A stretch of 64,000 nucleotides of DNA, from NCBI RefSeq assembly GCF_006345805.1, contig NC_043002.1, positions 95,542,001 through 95,606,000 of the forward strand. Direction: 5' to 3'. Within the stretch, counting starts at the first letter, position 1. Each line of letters opens with the position of its first letter. The position numbers were made by a program, and so were the translations under genes. The stretch comes from Octopus sinensis (Eukaryota). This document shows positions 50,855 to 63,289 of this stretch, one piece after another. The notes below the pieces were generated by a model. It was given only the letters and a program-made list of their open reading frames with translations. It did no database searches and had not been told where the DNA came from.

Positions 50855-51858
50855 AATGAAATGATAAAAAAAAGGAAGTATACATGGTATGCACTGAAAA
50901 AGAAGGGACATATGCATTGCATACAAAGGTAAAAAAAAGTTTTTAATGAAAAAGAGGGGGCGGTGATAGAGATATGGCCCCTCCTTATATAGGAACACCT
51001 CTAGGGATAATTGAAGAACTCCATTGTCTGAGAATTCCCTGAAACTCTAGGAGCAAGTGTCCTCTTCAGTTCCTTCTCTCTGACTCACATGTCTACACTT
51101 AGAGAGGTACCATCCACTTGCCATTTCCACAACTTTCATCCACCTTTCAATAAACTCACGAAGACAGCACTTCCTTCTCCACTGACAATTTCCTTTTCAA
51201 GTGAAACTTGAAAAGTCAATGAAAGCTCTACCAAAGTGGAATGTATCTAGCCTCGTGCCTTTCAGCCCCTTGTCCACCAAACAACCTCTTTCACCACAGC
51301 CACCAGGAAAAGGTAAAAACTGCCTTGCCCTTCCTAACGCCAACCACTCCATGAGTGTAGTGGGTGCTTTTTACGTTTATTATTATTCAGGCAAGGCAGT
51401 TTTTACCTTTTCCTGGTGGCTGTGGTGAAAGAGGTTGTTTGGTGGACAAGGCTGAAAGGCATGAGGATAGATACATTCCACTTTGGTAAAGCTTTCATTG
51501 ACTTTTCAAGTTTCACTTGAAAAGGAAATTGTCAGTGGAGAAGGAAGTGCTGTCTTCGTGAGTTTATTGAAAGGTGGATGAAAGTTGTGGAAATGGCAAG
51601 TGGATGGTACCTCTCTAAGTGTAGACATGTGAGTCAGAGAGAAGGAACTGAAGAGGACACTTGCTCCTAGAGTTTCAGGGAATTCTCAGACAATGGAGTT
51701 CTTCAATTATCCCTAGAGGTGTTCCTATATAAGGAGGGGCCATATCTCTATCACCCCCCTCTTTTTCATTAAAAACTTTTTTTTACCTTTGTATGCAATG
51801 CATATGTCCTTCTTTTTCAGTGCATACCATGTATACTTCCTTTTTTTATCATTTCATT
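50855..51858. repeat. Large inverted duplication: arms 50855-51329 and 51390-51858, 60-bp spacer
   Basis: Arms are reverse complements, about 98% identical by eye (3 substitutions and about 3 small indels noted). Confidence 0.95.
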
Positions 51859-51965
51859 ATTATATGTAAACTCCCACATTTTATGTCTGTCTCTGTATTG
51901 TCTCCCTTCATCCTTCACCCTTGTGGCAAATAAATGAAATTATTATTATTATTATTATTATTATT
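51390..51965 (+). mobile_element. LINE 3' end (Tx1/L1-like) with AATAAA and an (ATT)n tail
   Basis: Relic VAVVKEVVWWTRLKG...REFIERWMKV, then a pyrimidine-rich UTR, cccttgtggcaaataaa and (ATT)n. The clade call is tentative. Confidence 0.5.
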
Positions 51966-52520
51966 GAGTGAGAGAACAGTTCATGCCATCAAAGTGACAC
52001 TGGGGTAAAATATACGAAGCCCAATATACCCATCATGACTACCCATCTGATAAAGGTACACCAGGCACATGCATCACAACCATATGTGCGCGACATGGTG
52101 ATCTCATATCAAGATAAACAGCACATGACCTTGCAGGTGGGGCCCAGTTAGAATTTTCTTCAGGTTGAGTAGCCCATCCCGCTCAAACGGTCCCTGAATA
52201 AGGGTTGTTTAAGGATGTTGAAAGAACCACCCATGTTTCCAGAGGTGAACTATTCAAACCCCAAAGAATCCCTCTCAACACATGGCTATGATGCTCCCCC
52301 ACTACTTCTGCTCGTGATCAGAGATGCACATATCGTCAGCCACTAAGGGACATGTTCAACTGGTTAAGGTCAAACAACTGACAAGCAAATCTGTGGTATT
52401 GAGCAGAATATTTGCTGTAGCCCATCTTTTATACTAAGACAAAACAATGTACATGATAACACTTCCAATCAGTTAAGATCAGAAGCCATGAGAGCCACTG
52501 CCTGGTACTGCATCAGGGCA
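51966..52520 (-). mobile_element. Non-coding retroposon embedded between (TAA)n tracts
   Basis: Bounded by (ATT)n at about 51940-51965 and 52522-52577. Partial second copy at 3781-3933. No ORF and no tRNA head recognised. Confidence 0.65.
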
Positions 52521-52536
52521 TTTATTATTATTATTA

Positions 52537-52578
<42 letters not shown>

Positions 52579-52697
52579 TTAGCATGACAGACAAAATATT
52601 TAGCAACATTTCATCTGTCTTTACATTCTGAGTTCAAATTCTACTGGGGTCAACTTTGCCTTTTTTCCTTTCAGTGCTGACAAAATAAGTACAAGTC

Positions 52698-53129
52698 GAA
52701 TCTTTTCGGTTTGAACGGCAGTTTTTTCTAGCGGTGTCATATGAAATTGTCAACCATAATTATGACCCTAGAATCGATCTATTGCATTTCAATTTCTTTT
52801 AGGGTTAGGATTAGTTAGGGTTAGGGTTAGGGGTGGGGGAAGGGTATCTTTTTTTCATCACAAATGTAAATAAACCCAATCTGTTTCTTAAACGAGGGAC
52901 ATATTCATACGGCACAGAATGCTTTTTAACTCAATAGATGGCACTGATTGGTTGAAATTGCAGAAATTGAAGAAAAAAAACAACAAATATCTTACAAACT
53001 ATAGACTTTTCTCAATAAAGTCAAGAGAAAAAGATGCTTTATAAACACATTCTACCAATATACGAAGTTTAAAATTTTTTAGTTACCTAGAAATTATGTT
53101 AAAAACTGCTGTTCAAACCAAAAAGATCC
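52698..53129 (-). mobile_element. 432-bp MITE (GGATC TIR family) with a perfect 8-bp TSD, inserted into a family B SINE
   Basis: TSD tacaagtc at 52690-52697 and 53130-53137. TIRs g(a)atcttttcggtttgaacggcagttttt / aaaaactgctgttcaaaccaaaaagatcc. TTAGGG repeats at about 52801-52831. Confidence 0.92.
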
Positions 53130-53287
53130 TACAAGTCAATGCACTCTGATTGGTGTAAGTGACTAGCCCTCTTCCCCCAAAATTTCAGGCCTTATAGTAG
53201 AAAAGGATTATTTCCATAAGCCCTAAATGATAAATGGAGAAAGCATTTTTATTATCATTATTGTTGTTATTGTTATTATTGTTATTA

Positions 53288-53322
<35 letters not shown>

Positions 53323-54004
53323 GTTATTATTATTATTATTATTATTATTAATAGAAACTGTTTACTTTAAAGTTTTGTTATTAAACAAGCTTCTCAAAAC
53401 ATTGAGAAGCCACTTTTAATGGAGAAACCTCGAAATGAAGAGTCACTATTAACAATTTTATACATACATGCACACACACATTGCACTCTCTCACATACAT
53501 GCATGCACACACACACACACAGACATACACAATCTGTCTTTGCACTCTTTGTCTGTACATTCATAAAACTATAAAACATCAATAAATAATATACATGTAT
53601 ATAATTAAATAAGCTAACCAGTTCTCTTTTTATTATGTTATGGATTTAGTAAGTAAAACCTATATGAAAGCACTGAAAGTTCCTATAACTACTAATTATA
53701 TATTTTTTTTTTTTATTAAAGTATATTATTAAATTTTGATTTGTAAAATATAATTGTCTTTATTTGATTAAATCTACAAAACCATCTATTGTCCACTGTT
53801 TTATTAAGTCTTGCTTTCTCTTTCTATTCTACAATTTATTTTTGGTTCTCATGTTAAGAACACTAAAAATATTGATTCGTAGCTTATGATTATATCACTG
53901 GTACTGGAACTGGTTATATCAGCACTAGTGCTTGATTGGTACTTTATTTTATCTATAGCAGTATAGTAAAAGGAAAGTGTTGTGTTTCACTCACTTAGAA
54001 AATA

Positions 54005-54290
54005 GGATCTTTACCTTTTGACCAACAGATTTAAAAAATAAATTTTTGCAACTAAACACTTTCAAACTTTGGACACTGGTAGAATGTGTCATATAAAACA
54101 TCTTTTACTCTTAACATTTTAGAGAAAAGCTTACATTTAGGAAGTTATTTCATGTTAAAGATTTTTCTCACAAATTTTTTTATAATCGTAAAGTATGTCA
54201 TTTGAAAGGTATTTCTATAAAATTTCATTGAAAAAATCCCATTTTTCTAAGTTATAGGGGAAAAAACTCGGATCTTATGAATTTTCTGAG
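54005..54290 (+). mobile_element. Diverged relative of the GGATC MITE family
   Basis: Starts ggatcttt and shares actggtagaatgtgt..ataaaacatctttt..ctctt with the 16147 element. Right end unclear. Confidence 0.5.
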
Positions 54291-54369
54291 GTCCTCTCCC
54301 CACCTTCCCATTGCTTTGCATGCATTTTTTTTTTATATTCGTTTCCTACACATTTTTTTACACCCATTG

Positions 54370-54690
54370 CACTAATTTTTTTCTGATTTTCGTTTTCAGG
54401 TCATTGATTGACTCATCTTTTAGTTGCTTTAGTTCTGATAATTTTAATCTGTCCACAATTAACAGTCTCTCCTTTGGCTTTATTAGTTGCTACAACACAT
54501 TCATTATTTGTTGGTATGTTGCATTCTGAAAACTTACTGGGAAAAGAACATCATTATGGCTTCAACTCCACAAGTAGAAAGAAACGTTGGCTTCTTTTTG
54601 ACATCTTCAACATCATCGCATTCAGTTTTTGCTTCGAACTGTATCAGCCAGGCATTAGCTTCTGCCAAGTTGTTCATGTTTAAATGTTTT
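54370..54690 (-). mobile_element. Decayed gypsy-type gag relic
   Basis: AWLIQFEAK...DDVEDVKKKPTFLSTCGVEA, then (frameshifted) KPKERLLIVDRLKLSELKQLKDESINDL. Confidence 0.65.
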
Positions 54691-55835
54691 CCACCTGTCA
54701 TCCTCATTAGCATATGTTGTGTTTCAGTCACTTAGAAAATATATTGAATGCTCGTTACTGCATGCTGTACAGTTCCTAGCACCATCCCCCACATGTATAG
54801 TGGTATCACCCCTTTTGTGGCTACCAGCTCATCCATCTCTCATCTCATGATTTCAACATGGTTGCACGAAATTTTCCTTGGGAGTTCTATATACATATAT
54901 ATATATATATATATATACACATCAGGATACCAAAATCAGCAACCCAATGCAACTATCACAGTAAGCCTGAGATTTGAACTCAGAATGTAGAGGAACAACA
55001 CTAAATACTGCAAGGCATTTTAGTTCTTGCTCTAATGATTCCGCCAATCTATTGTCCTGAAAATGTTGGAGATATTGTAACAGAAGAGAAAAAATTGAAA
55101 TGTCTTTAAAAATGTGAAATAAATACAATTTTCAATCATATGCACACACATATACATATGGTTCACATAAGATTTCTGGGAGGTCCACACAGCAAAATAT
55201 ATTAAATTGAGGTTTGCAATAGTATCTTAAGGGCCCCTGAAAATATATTGCTTCAGATGTATATATTGGTATGTATAGCAAGAAACAACTAAGTTTCTTT
55301 CTCTAATTTTCGTTTATCCAATCTACACAAGTTAATGTGTGCAAAACAAAATGGAAATTTTGAAAGAAGTTTCTATAAAACTAGTTTTTAAAATAGAATG
55401 GCTGTGGAGGTCCACCAGAATAAAATAGTAATCAAAGAGATCCATAGATGAAAAATGGTTGAGAACCCCTGATGTATATGTATATGTATGGTTGTTGGTG
55501 TCTCCTTGTCTTGATGTCATGTGATAGTTGTAAATGAGTGGGTGATCGGAGCAGCAATTAAGATGAATGTCAAATGATGAGGGTTTGCAAAATAACTCTA
55601 TCATTATGCAGCCTTCTAAAAACTTGACTTTTGTATCCTTAAAAATTGATGCTAGTTTTTGAAAAGCTTGACAAGAATTTTATGTTGGACTTAAAGCAGT
55701 AGTTTTGTGTGAAGCTATCACAGAAATACAAAAACTTTACATGTCTATCTGGCATTTCCTCCCAAACAAACAAACAAAAAACGTCGTCAATGAACCATAA
55801 ACAGAGTATTGGTTCATGACCATGCGGTGATTTAA

Positions 55836-56216
55836 ATGCCTTTAGTCACTGATGTTCAAAATGTTATGATTTATACAGAAAGTGGGATCTGTAATGAATC
55901 CCATTTGGTATACACAGCTGAATGCACAAAGCACAACTTGATTTATGTTGGTTGCACAAGAGAAAAATTTAACAAAAGATTTAATAGACATAGGTATGAC
56001 ATGAGGCATAATAATACAACTTCAATGGAAGTTGCTGAGTATTTTACATCAAACAACTGTAAATCTGCTGAATATCTGAAAGTACACATTCTCAGAAAAT
56101 ATACTGACTCCACTGAACTTTCAGTCCACATGAAGTCAGTTACTAATGTCACAACCTGGTGGGCTAAAAAGGTGTCTGGAGAATTCCATCAGGTTTATAT
56201 TAAATATTTTGGTTAA
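55836..56216 (+). mobile_element. Penelope-like GIY-YIG endonuclease fragment
   Basis: CNESHLVYTAECTKHNLIYVGCTREKFNKRFNRHRYD...EYF...LKVHIL: GIY-YIG bipartite motif with the downstream R...H. Confidence 0.85.
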
Positions 56217-56499
56217 GTATTCCCTTTCTTTCTTTCTTTTTTCCTTCTTTTTTTTTGTTTCTGCTAATTATGAACAAGCAAAACTTGATAGTGTCTTTCT
56301 GTCTATGTAGGAATGCAGGAGAATCCAGCTGAAATTTTGAATTTCTGGATTTCTATATAAACTTGTATTGTTAACTTTTACTTTCTCTTTAAAACCAGAA
56401 ATTATTTCAGGCAATACAAGCTCCCACACACATCCACCTTTCATGGACAACTTCCAGATGATGTGTCAATAAGGTATCATCAATTGTTGCTTTTTATTC

Positions 56500-56790
56500 C
56501 TTCTCAAGCCATGCCTGGCTCATAAGGGCCAGTTTCCCAGTTTCTTGGTATTTGGTTCCCCACCTGGATGGGACACCAGTCCGTCGCAGGTGAGCTACAA
56601 GATGCAGGAGGAAAGAGTGAGAGAAAGTTGTGGCGAAAGAGTCAGCAGAAGTTCACCATTACCTTCTGCCGGAGCCGCGTGGAGCTTAGGTGTTTCGCTC
56701 ATAAACACACACATCGCCTGGTCTGAGATTTGAACCCGCAATCCCTCGACTGTGAGTCCGCTGCTCTAACCACTAGGCCATGTGCCTCCA
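56500..56790 (-). mobile_element. SINE with the family C head but a different 3' half
   Basis: Minus: ggaggcacatggcctagtggttagagcagcggactc...ctttctctcactctt, then cctgcgacggactggtgtcccatccagg...ggcccttatgagcc instead of the family C tail. Decayed relative at 44670-44860. Confidence 0.82.
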
Positions 56791-59412
56791 CAGGTATCAT
56801 CAATGTAATTATCTGACCTCAAATTACTTTCGTTCTTTTTAGAAAACCAAGACACATTACCATGTGAATAGAAGGGTTGGTCACGATTATAATTTCTTTA
56901 ACCCTTTAGATTTAAACTGGTCATATCTGACCTGAATATTCTACCTGTTGTTTTATGTTCAAAATAGCTAGATCCAGCCTCTCACACCTACCTGACTATG
57001 TTTTTCTAAAAATAAACAATTACATCTTCAAAATTTGGAAGCTACAAGATACTACATGATTATTTTTTTTAATATGTGAATAAATAAGCATTAATTTCAT
57101 GAATTAATCTGAATGCGAAAGGGTTAATCTAAATCAGGGCTTACCAGGAGCTAAACAAAAACATCAGCAACTGCTACATGATGAGTCAACAAGGAAGCTT
57201 CTATGCAGGTATACAACTTGCAAGAAATAGCAGCCAAATTCTTTCAAACCACACCATAGTATCTTAGAAAGAAATAATGTAATTTTGAGTACATTGTCTG
57301 AAAATCAGATGAGATTTTTATGGTTGGAGTAGCAATTACTATAAATATAACCAGAAACAACAATACCAACAACAACAACATGAGCCTCAGCTAAAACCAA
57401 CAACAACAATATCCAAATTAAAATATTCCTTTACTATACATCTCTTTGTTACATTATCTGAAGCTTTATTCCTCTAGAAAGATTATATTCTTAATAACGA
57501 TCAATCTGAATGAAAATATAATCAACAAATTGGCAAAGTCATTAAAGCATCAGGTGAAATGCATTACAGTATTTATTCCGGTTTCTTGCATTTTGAATTC
57601 AAATCCCACTGAAGTCAATCCCACCTTACATCTAAGGTGGTGGGCAGGTGAAATCATTAAAGCACTGGATATCAATGCCTTGTGGTATTTTATTCCCACT
57701 CTTTGTGTTTGGGGTTTGAATCCTGCTGAGCCTATGCAGGTATTAGATTTAATCCATCAGTCAATTTAACATCCCATTTGGTCCTTCAGAGCCTACAAAG
57801 TTACAAGCCTTTAGGCTTGATAATACCTTCTTCATCTTCCCACACACACACACACCTATCCACCCACCCACCAGTCTTGGAGGCTTCATAAAACATCATG
57901 AACACTACCTTATCTTCTTGACTAAAGTCATGCATTTTTTTTTAACCAAGAAAATTTTCAGCTATGAGTAACTTTAAGACCCAATTTTGTTCCAAGTGGC
58001 TTAGTGGTTAGGGTATTCAGCTTACACCTGTAAGGTTGTGAGTTCAATTCCTGGCAGTGCATTGCGTCCTTAAGCAAAACATTTAATTTTCCATCACTCC
58101 AGTCCACTCAGCTGGCAAAAACAACACATACCTGTAATTTAAAAGAGCCAGCCTCGTCACATTCTTTGTCACACTGTACCTCCCTGAGAACTACATTAAG
58201 AGTATTCAGGTCCGTGCAGTCCTCAGCAGGATGTTCCGTTGATCTAATCAACTGGAACAGTCATCATCTTAATTGATAGGAAGCCGGGTCATGTTCTACA
58301 ATACAGAGATAGTTTAATTCTTAGGATAGGACAAATTCTTTGATTGTTGGATTTGGAAAAGGTATAGGAAAAATACATGTGATCCTTGTTTCAAAAAAAT
58401 ACGGAATGGGTAATATATCTCACTAATTTGAAGTGCAGAAAAATAGAAGTGGCAATTTAGAAGATGAAGCATGATTATGATTATTATATTGTAATTTCCC
58501 TTCCCTGTAATTAAGTTTTATTTTTATGCTGAGTATTAGCATTTTATTTCCCATTGGTTTCCTATAGCATAATTAGGATTTTAAACGACTTCTTTCTCAT
58601 TAATATCACATGGCATGAAAATCAATTTTATCCAAATTAAAAATTCCATTCAACATTTTCTGATAATAATTACTTTATTATTTTATTATTTTCTATAATT
58701 AAGGCAGTAGAATGGTAGAAATACTTTGATTTTTTTTTATGGCTTTATCAGAGAAGGATATCACAATGTCTGTGGCCTTTCTTACAGGGTTCTTGAGACT
58801 AATGGGGTGGGAGAAAGAGAAGAAGAAATGGGTGACATGTTCCAAATATCTGCAACTGAGTGGACAGTGCTAAAAGCACCCAAGGGTCAGATAAGGGTGT
58901 TAAACTGGGTAACTGATAAAGTCTTCTATGGACAAGTATGGTCCATCTGAAGGAATTCTACCCAAATTTCACCCACAAAGTTGTGTGGTTAACAATATTT
59001 AACTAAAATGCCATGAAGTGGGATACAACACAGGACTTGTGATTGAAAACCAAACTTTTTAAACCAGTTATTTGTTATAATTCGTTTACTCTGAGATTAT
59101 TTCCTCCCAGAATATCAGATATGTTCTGTTCTTAAATGCTTGAGAAAATAAGCATCGGTAGTATATTAAGGGTTGATCAGTTATCCTTCCCTAGTGTTTT
59201 TAAATTCAGCGTTAATGTAAGAGATCATTGTTCTTCTAACTGGAAGGGTAACTAATTATATGTATATGTACATACATACACACATATATATACACATACA
59301 AGCAAACACATACACATACATACATACATACACACACACATACATGCATACATACATACACACATACTCACACACATACATACATACATACATACATACA
59401 TACATACATACA

Positions 59413-59444
<32 letters not shown>

Positions 59445-60579
59445 CTATGATACTCCTTTTCCTAAATAAATTGCACTTCAAATTTAAGACTCTAATGAAG
59501 CTATAAGCTATAATTCAGGTACTCAACTATGAGTCCACTGCATCTTACAGCTGAAACAGCGGTAAGCTAATGAAATTCATAACAATCATTTTTTTACTTT
59601 GTCATCTCATTTTCTTGTGTGTGTGTGTGTGTGTAAGATAATTCATTGAATAAGGAGTAAATTCATCTACACATTGTTTATTATTACAATTATCCAGATT
59701 ATTTAATTTAAATCCGTCCAACATATGTTTCTGCTGCATGGATATCTTACAATATGGTTTCCATTTGCATCCAGTTTATTCATCTGGTTAGAAGTTTTTC
59801 TAGCTTTATTCAAGGTGCTAAACACTGTTGTGGTTTGAAGCAATCTAAAATTATGTTGGTTTAAGTAGCATTATATTTTGGTTAGAAACACTAACTTTGC
59901 TAAATAGTGGGAAATTATAGGCAGGGTAGAAACTTACATAATCATCATCATCATCATTATCATTTAACATCCATTGTCCGTACTGGTTTAGGGCGGATAG
60001 CTTAAACAGGGCTGGCAAGCTGGGGGGGGGGGTAGCACCAGACTTCAGTCTAAGGAATGCAATTTATGCCTGGAAGAAATATTCCATACTTCCATGGTCC
60101 AGGAAATAGATGGTAAATGTTTTTATTTTTCATTCCTTTCGAAATTTATCCCTAATAGATGTTTGGATTTTGGCTATTGCTTCTAGTGTGCCAGGTATTC
60201 TATGATTGATACCTCTTAATGTGTTTAATTGTACACTATATTTATATGAATAATATATAGTCTATTGACTAATTTTTCTACATGCTAGGCCACTGGTAGT
60301 AAAAATTTCTAAAATTTTTGTTACCCTGATATTATTAATTATTGATAATTTTTCTGGCAAATTTTTGAAGTAATGCCGGCATTATTTTATTTGCTGCCAA
60401 TAAAAAACTGTGCTTTCACAGTGGATTTGAAAAATTATAATGTATAAGCATGGGGCACATGCTGGATTGCCTCATATTTATATGTTTAATCTAGGCATAC
60501 CAGTTGATGAAGATTTCGCCTAGCAAATTATTTTATTTAATAATTTAAAGTCAGAAAACATGGTCCAGGAAATAGATGG

Positions 60580-61009
60580 TGTAGTGATGCTGCTGTGTAA
60601 GGTTCAGCGTGCATGCGCAGAATGGGACTACTTCCAGGTGGCAACCGGAAGTCTTCCCCATGCGCATGTGCGGGAAACTGACCCCTAAAACACGGTCCAC
60701 TCACTCAGTCTCTCTGGCCCTAGCAGCCCTCGTGAACAGACGTGTATTGGTAGTCTCTGACGACTATGCACCAACTTAGCAGCGGACCACACCGAATCAC
60801 TTCGACCAACCAACAAGAAGCAGTACAACAGATTCGGCTGTCGGTTCCCCTCAGAAATACGTACGCCAGATCTACATCATCACGAGTAATAAACAACATT
60901 TGCTGTCTTTCCCAGATAACCTGACTTCGTCTGTTATATTTAACTAAATTGAATGTGACGGGATCGGATCGGACACCCTCCAGTGATACCGATTCCAGAT
61001 CCTGTTACA
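60580..61009 (+). mobile_element. Solo LTR (430 bp; TGTA...TACA; 4-bp TSD ATGG), probably gypsy-type
   Basis: atagATGG|TGTAG...GTTACA|ATGGtaaatg versus the empty site atagATGGtaaatg at 60106-60119. AATAAA at 60888-60893. Confidence 0.9.
60610..60672 (+). promoter_or_regulatory. NRF1-like and ETS-like motifs in the LTR U3 region
   Basis: tgcatgcgca (60610-60619), accggaagt (60644-60652), tgcgcatgtgcg (60661-60672). Motif match only. Confidence 0.4.
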
Positions 61010-61279
61010 ATGGTAAATGTTTTTATCTTTCATTCCCTTCAAAATTTATCCCTAATAGTGGTTTGGATTTTGGCTATTCCTTCTAGTGTGCCAAATATCC
61101 TATGATCGATACCTCTTATGTGTTTAAATGTACATTGTATTTATACTAATAATATATAGTCTATTGACTAATTTTTCTACACACTAGACCACTGGTAGTA
61201 AAAATTTCTTAAATTTTTGTTACCCTAATATTATTAATTATATATATATATATATATAATATATATATATATATATCTT

Positions 61280-61494
61280 TTATCGTCTATCCTTTATTTG
61301 TTTCAGTCATTAGAATGCAGTCATGCAGGGCACTGCCATGAAGAATTTTTAGCTGAATGAATCAACAGAGTACTTATTTTTTCAAAGCCTGGAACTTATT
61401 CTATCAGTCTCTTTTGCCAAACTACTGAGTTATGGGGATGTAAACACACCAACACTGTCTTCAAGCAGTGGTAGAAAACAAAAACTGACACAAA

Positions 61495-61535
<41 letters not shown>

Positions 61536-61871
61536 CAGGATTTTTTCAGTTTCTATCTACAAAATCCACTAACAAGGCTTTGATCAACCTGAAGCTATAG
61601 CAGAAGACACTTGCCTAAGGTGCCACACAGTAGGAAACATATGGTTGGGAAACAAACTTACATACTCTTTACTCTTTTACTCGTTTCAGTTATTTGACTG
61701 CAGCCATGCTGGAGCACTTGAGCAACTCGACCCTGGGACTTATCCTTTGTAAGCCTAGTACTTATTCTATCGGTCTCTTTTTGCCGAACCGCTAAAAGAC
61801 GGGGACATAAACACACCAGCATCGGTTGTCAAGCAATGCTAGGGGGACAAACACAGACACACAAACATACA

Positions 61872-61913
<42 letters not shown>

Positions 61914-62970
61914 CACACATATATACGACGGGCTTCTTTCAGTTTCCGTCTACCAAATCCACTCACAAGTCTTTGGTCGGCCCGAGGCTATAGTAGAAGA
62001 CACTTGCCCAAGGTGCCATGCAGTGGGACTGAACCCAGAACCATGTGGTTGGTAAACAAGCTACTTACCACACAGCCACTCCTGCACCTATATATATAAC
62101 CATCAAAGAACTGCTCATCATAAAATCATAATATTTATAATTCAAGAAGATAAAAAAAATTTCGAAGATATTAATATTTGTCATTACATATTAAGTGTAA
62201 TTATTAGAGTTTATTATATTTCAAACCATTGTGAACAAGGAAGGAAAATATGTCAGCCAATTGAGTTTACTTGTTGGCAGCTATCCATGCTATTTGGCTG
62301 GTATCTAATAGATAAATAGGAAATCTTAGTGAGGATTACATTGATTATCTAAAGAAAAATTAATACAATGAAAGGTATGTTTCCAAATAAGTCATAATCT
62401 TATAGGCAACACCTCACAAGAGACCCAATTACAGTTTTAGAACACGCACACACCCACCCACGCACGCACACACACATACACGTACATAAACACGTACACT
62501 TACTGTATATAGATATGTATACAGAAAGATATAAGACTACACACACACACACACACAATACAAATATATATGTGTGTGTGTGTGTGTGTGCGTGCTTGTG
62601 TGTGTATATATATATATATTCTCTTATTTTTTTACTTGTTTCAGTCACTTGACTGCAGTATGCTGGAGCAATGTCTTAAAGGGTTTTAGTCAAAGAAATC
62701 GCCCCAGAACTTATTCTTTGTAAGCCTAGTACTTATTCTATCAGTCTCTTTTACTAAGCCGCTAAGTTACAGGGGCATGAACACACCAACACTGGTTGTC
62801 AAGTGATGGTAGGGAAACAAACACAGACACAAAGATACACACACATAAATATATAAATATATATAAGAGGGGCTTCTTTCAGTTTCCAACAACCAAATTC
62901 ACTCATAAGGCTTTGATCAGCCCAAGGCTATAGTGGAAAACACTTGCCCAAGGTGCTACACAGTGCTACA
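61280..62970 (-). mobile_element. Cluster of three same-orientation family A SINEs (61280-61650, 61670-62090, 62620-62970)
   Basis: Each begins on plus with (c)ttgtttcagtca...gactgca..catgc, the tail-1 reverse complement, and continues through gacacttgcccaaggtgcc. Confidence 0.85.
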
Positions 62971-63098
62971 CTCAGGGATGCTCTTAAACTCAAGAAATGA
63001 GATCTATAGCTTCCATTCTAGATGCTACCTGCCACAGGCATGGAATTTCCCATTCATCAATTAGTGATGTAAAAAATACTTGGAGATCAAAACCAGCT

Positions 63099-63151
<53 letters not shown>

Positions 63152-63283
63152 GGATGGATTTTATATACTTACATACACGTATGTGTGGAGGGGGTAACAA
63201 TTTATGGAGTTGGTGAGGTTGACCACATTTTTGATGCGATGTAGCAAGTGACTCCAATTCAAGATGTGCAGGAAAAGAATATA

Positions 63284-63289
63284 TTTATT
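63284..63289 (-). promoter_or_regulatory. Candidate polyadenylation signal of the minus-strand gene
   Basis: AATAAA on minus about 435 nt after the stop codon, followed by a U-rich tract. Confidence 0.45.

Larger units (their letters stand above)
60093..61240 (+). repeat. 466-bp-period tandem duplication, second copy interrupted by a solo LTR
   Basis: 60093-60337 matches 60559-60579 joined to 61014-61240, roughly 90% identical by eye. Confidence 0.9.

Noticed and set aside
52460-52520. U2 snRNA fragment or HDV-like ribozyme
   Set aside because: Only a short cctggta(c/t)tgca resemblance to U2; no P1.1, L3 or J4/2 elements for an HDV fold.
1847-62648. Numerous ORFs made of YI/YM/CV/HT repeats and a poly-Leu ORF (53234-53419)
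   Set aside because: Translations of (AT)n, (ACAT)n, (CA)n, (AGAT)n and (ATT)n microsatellites.
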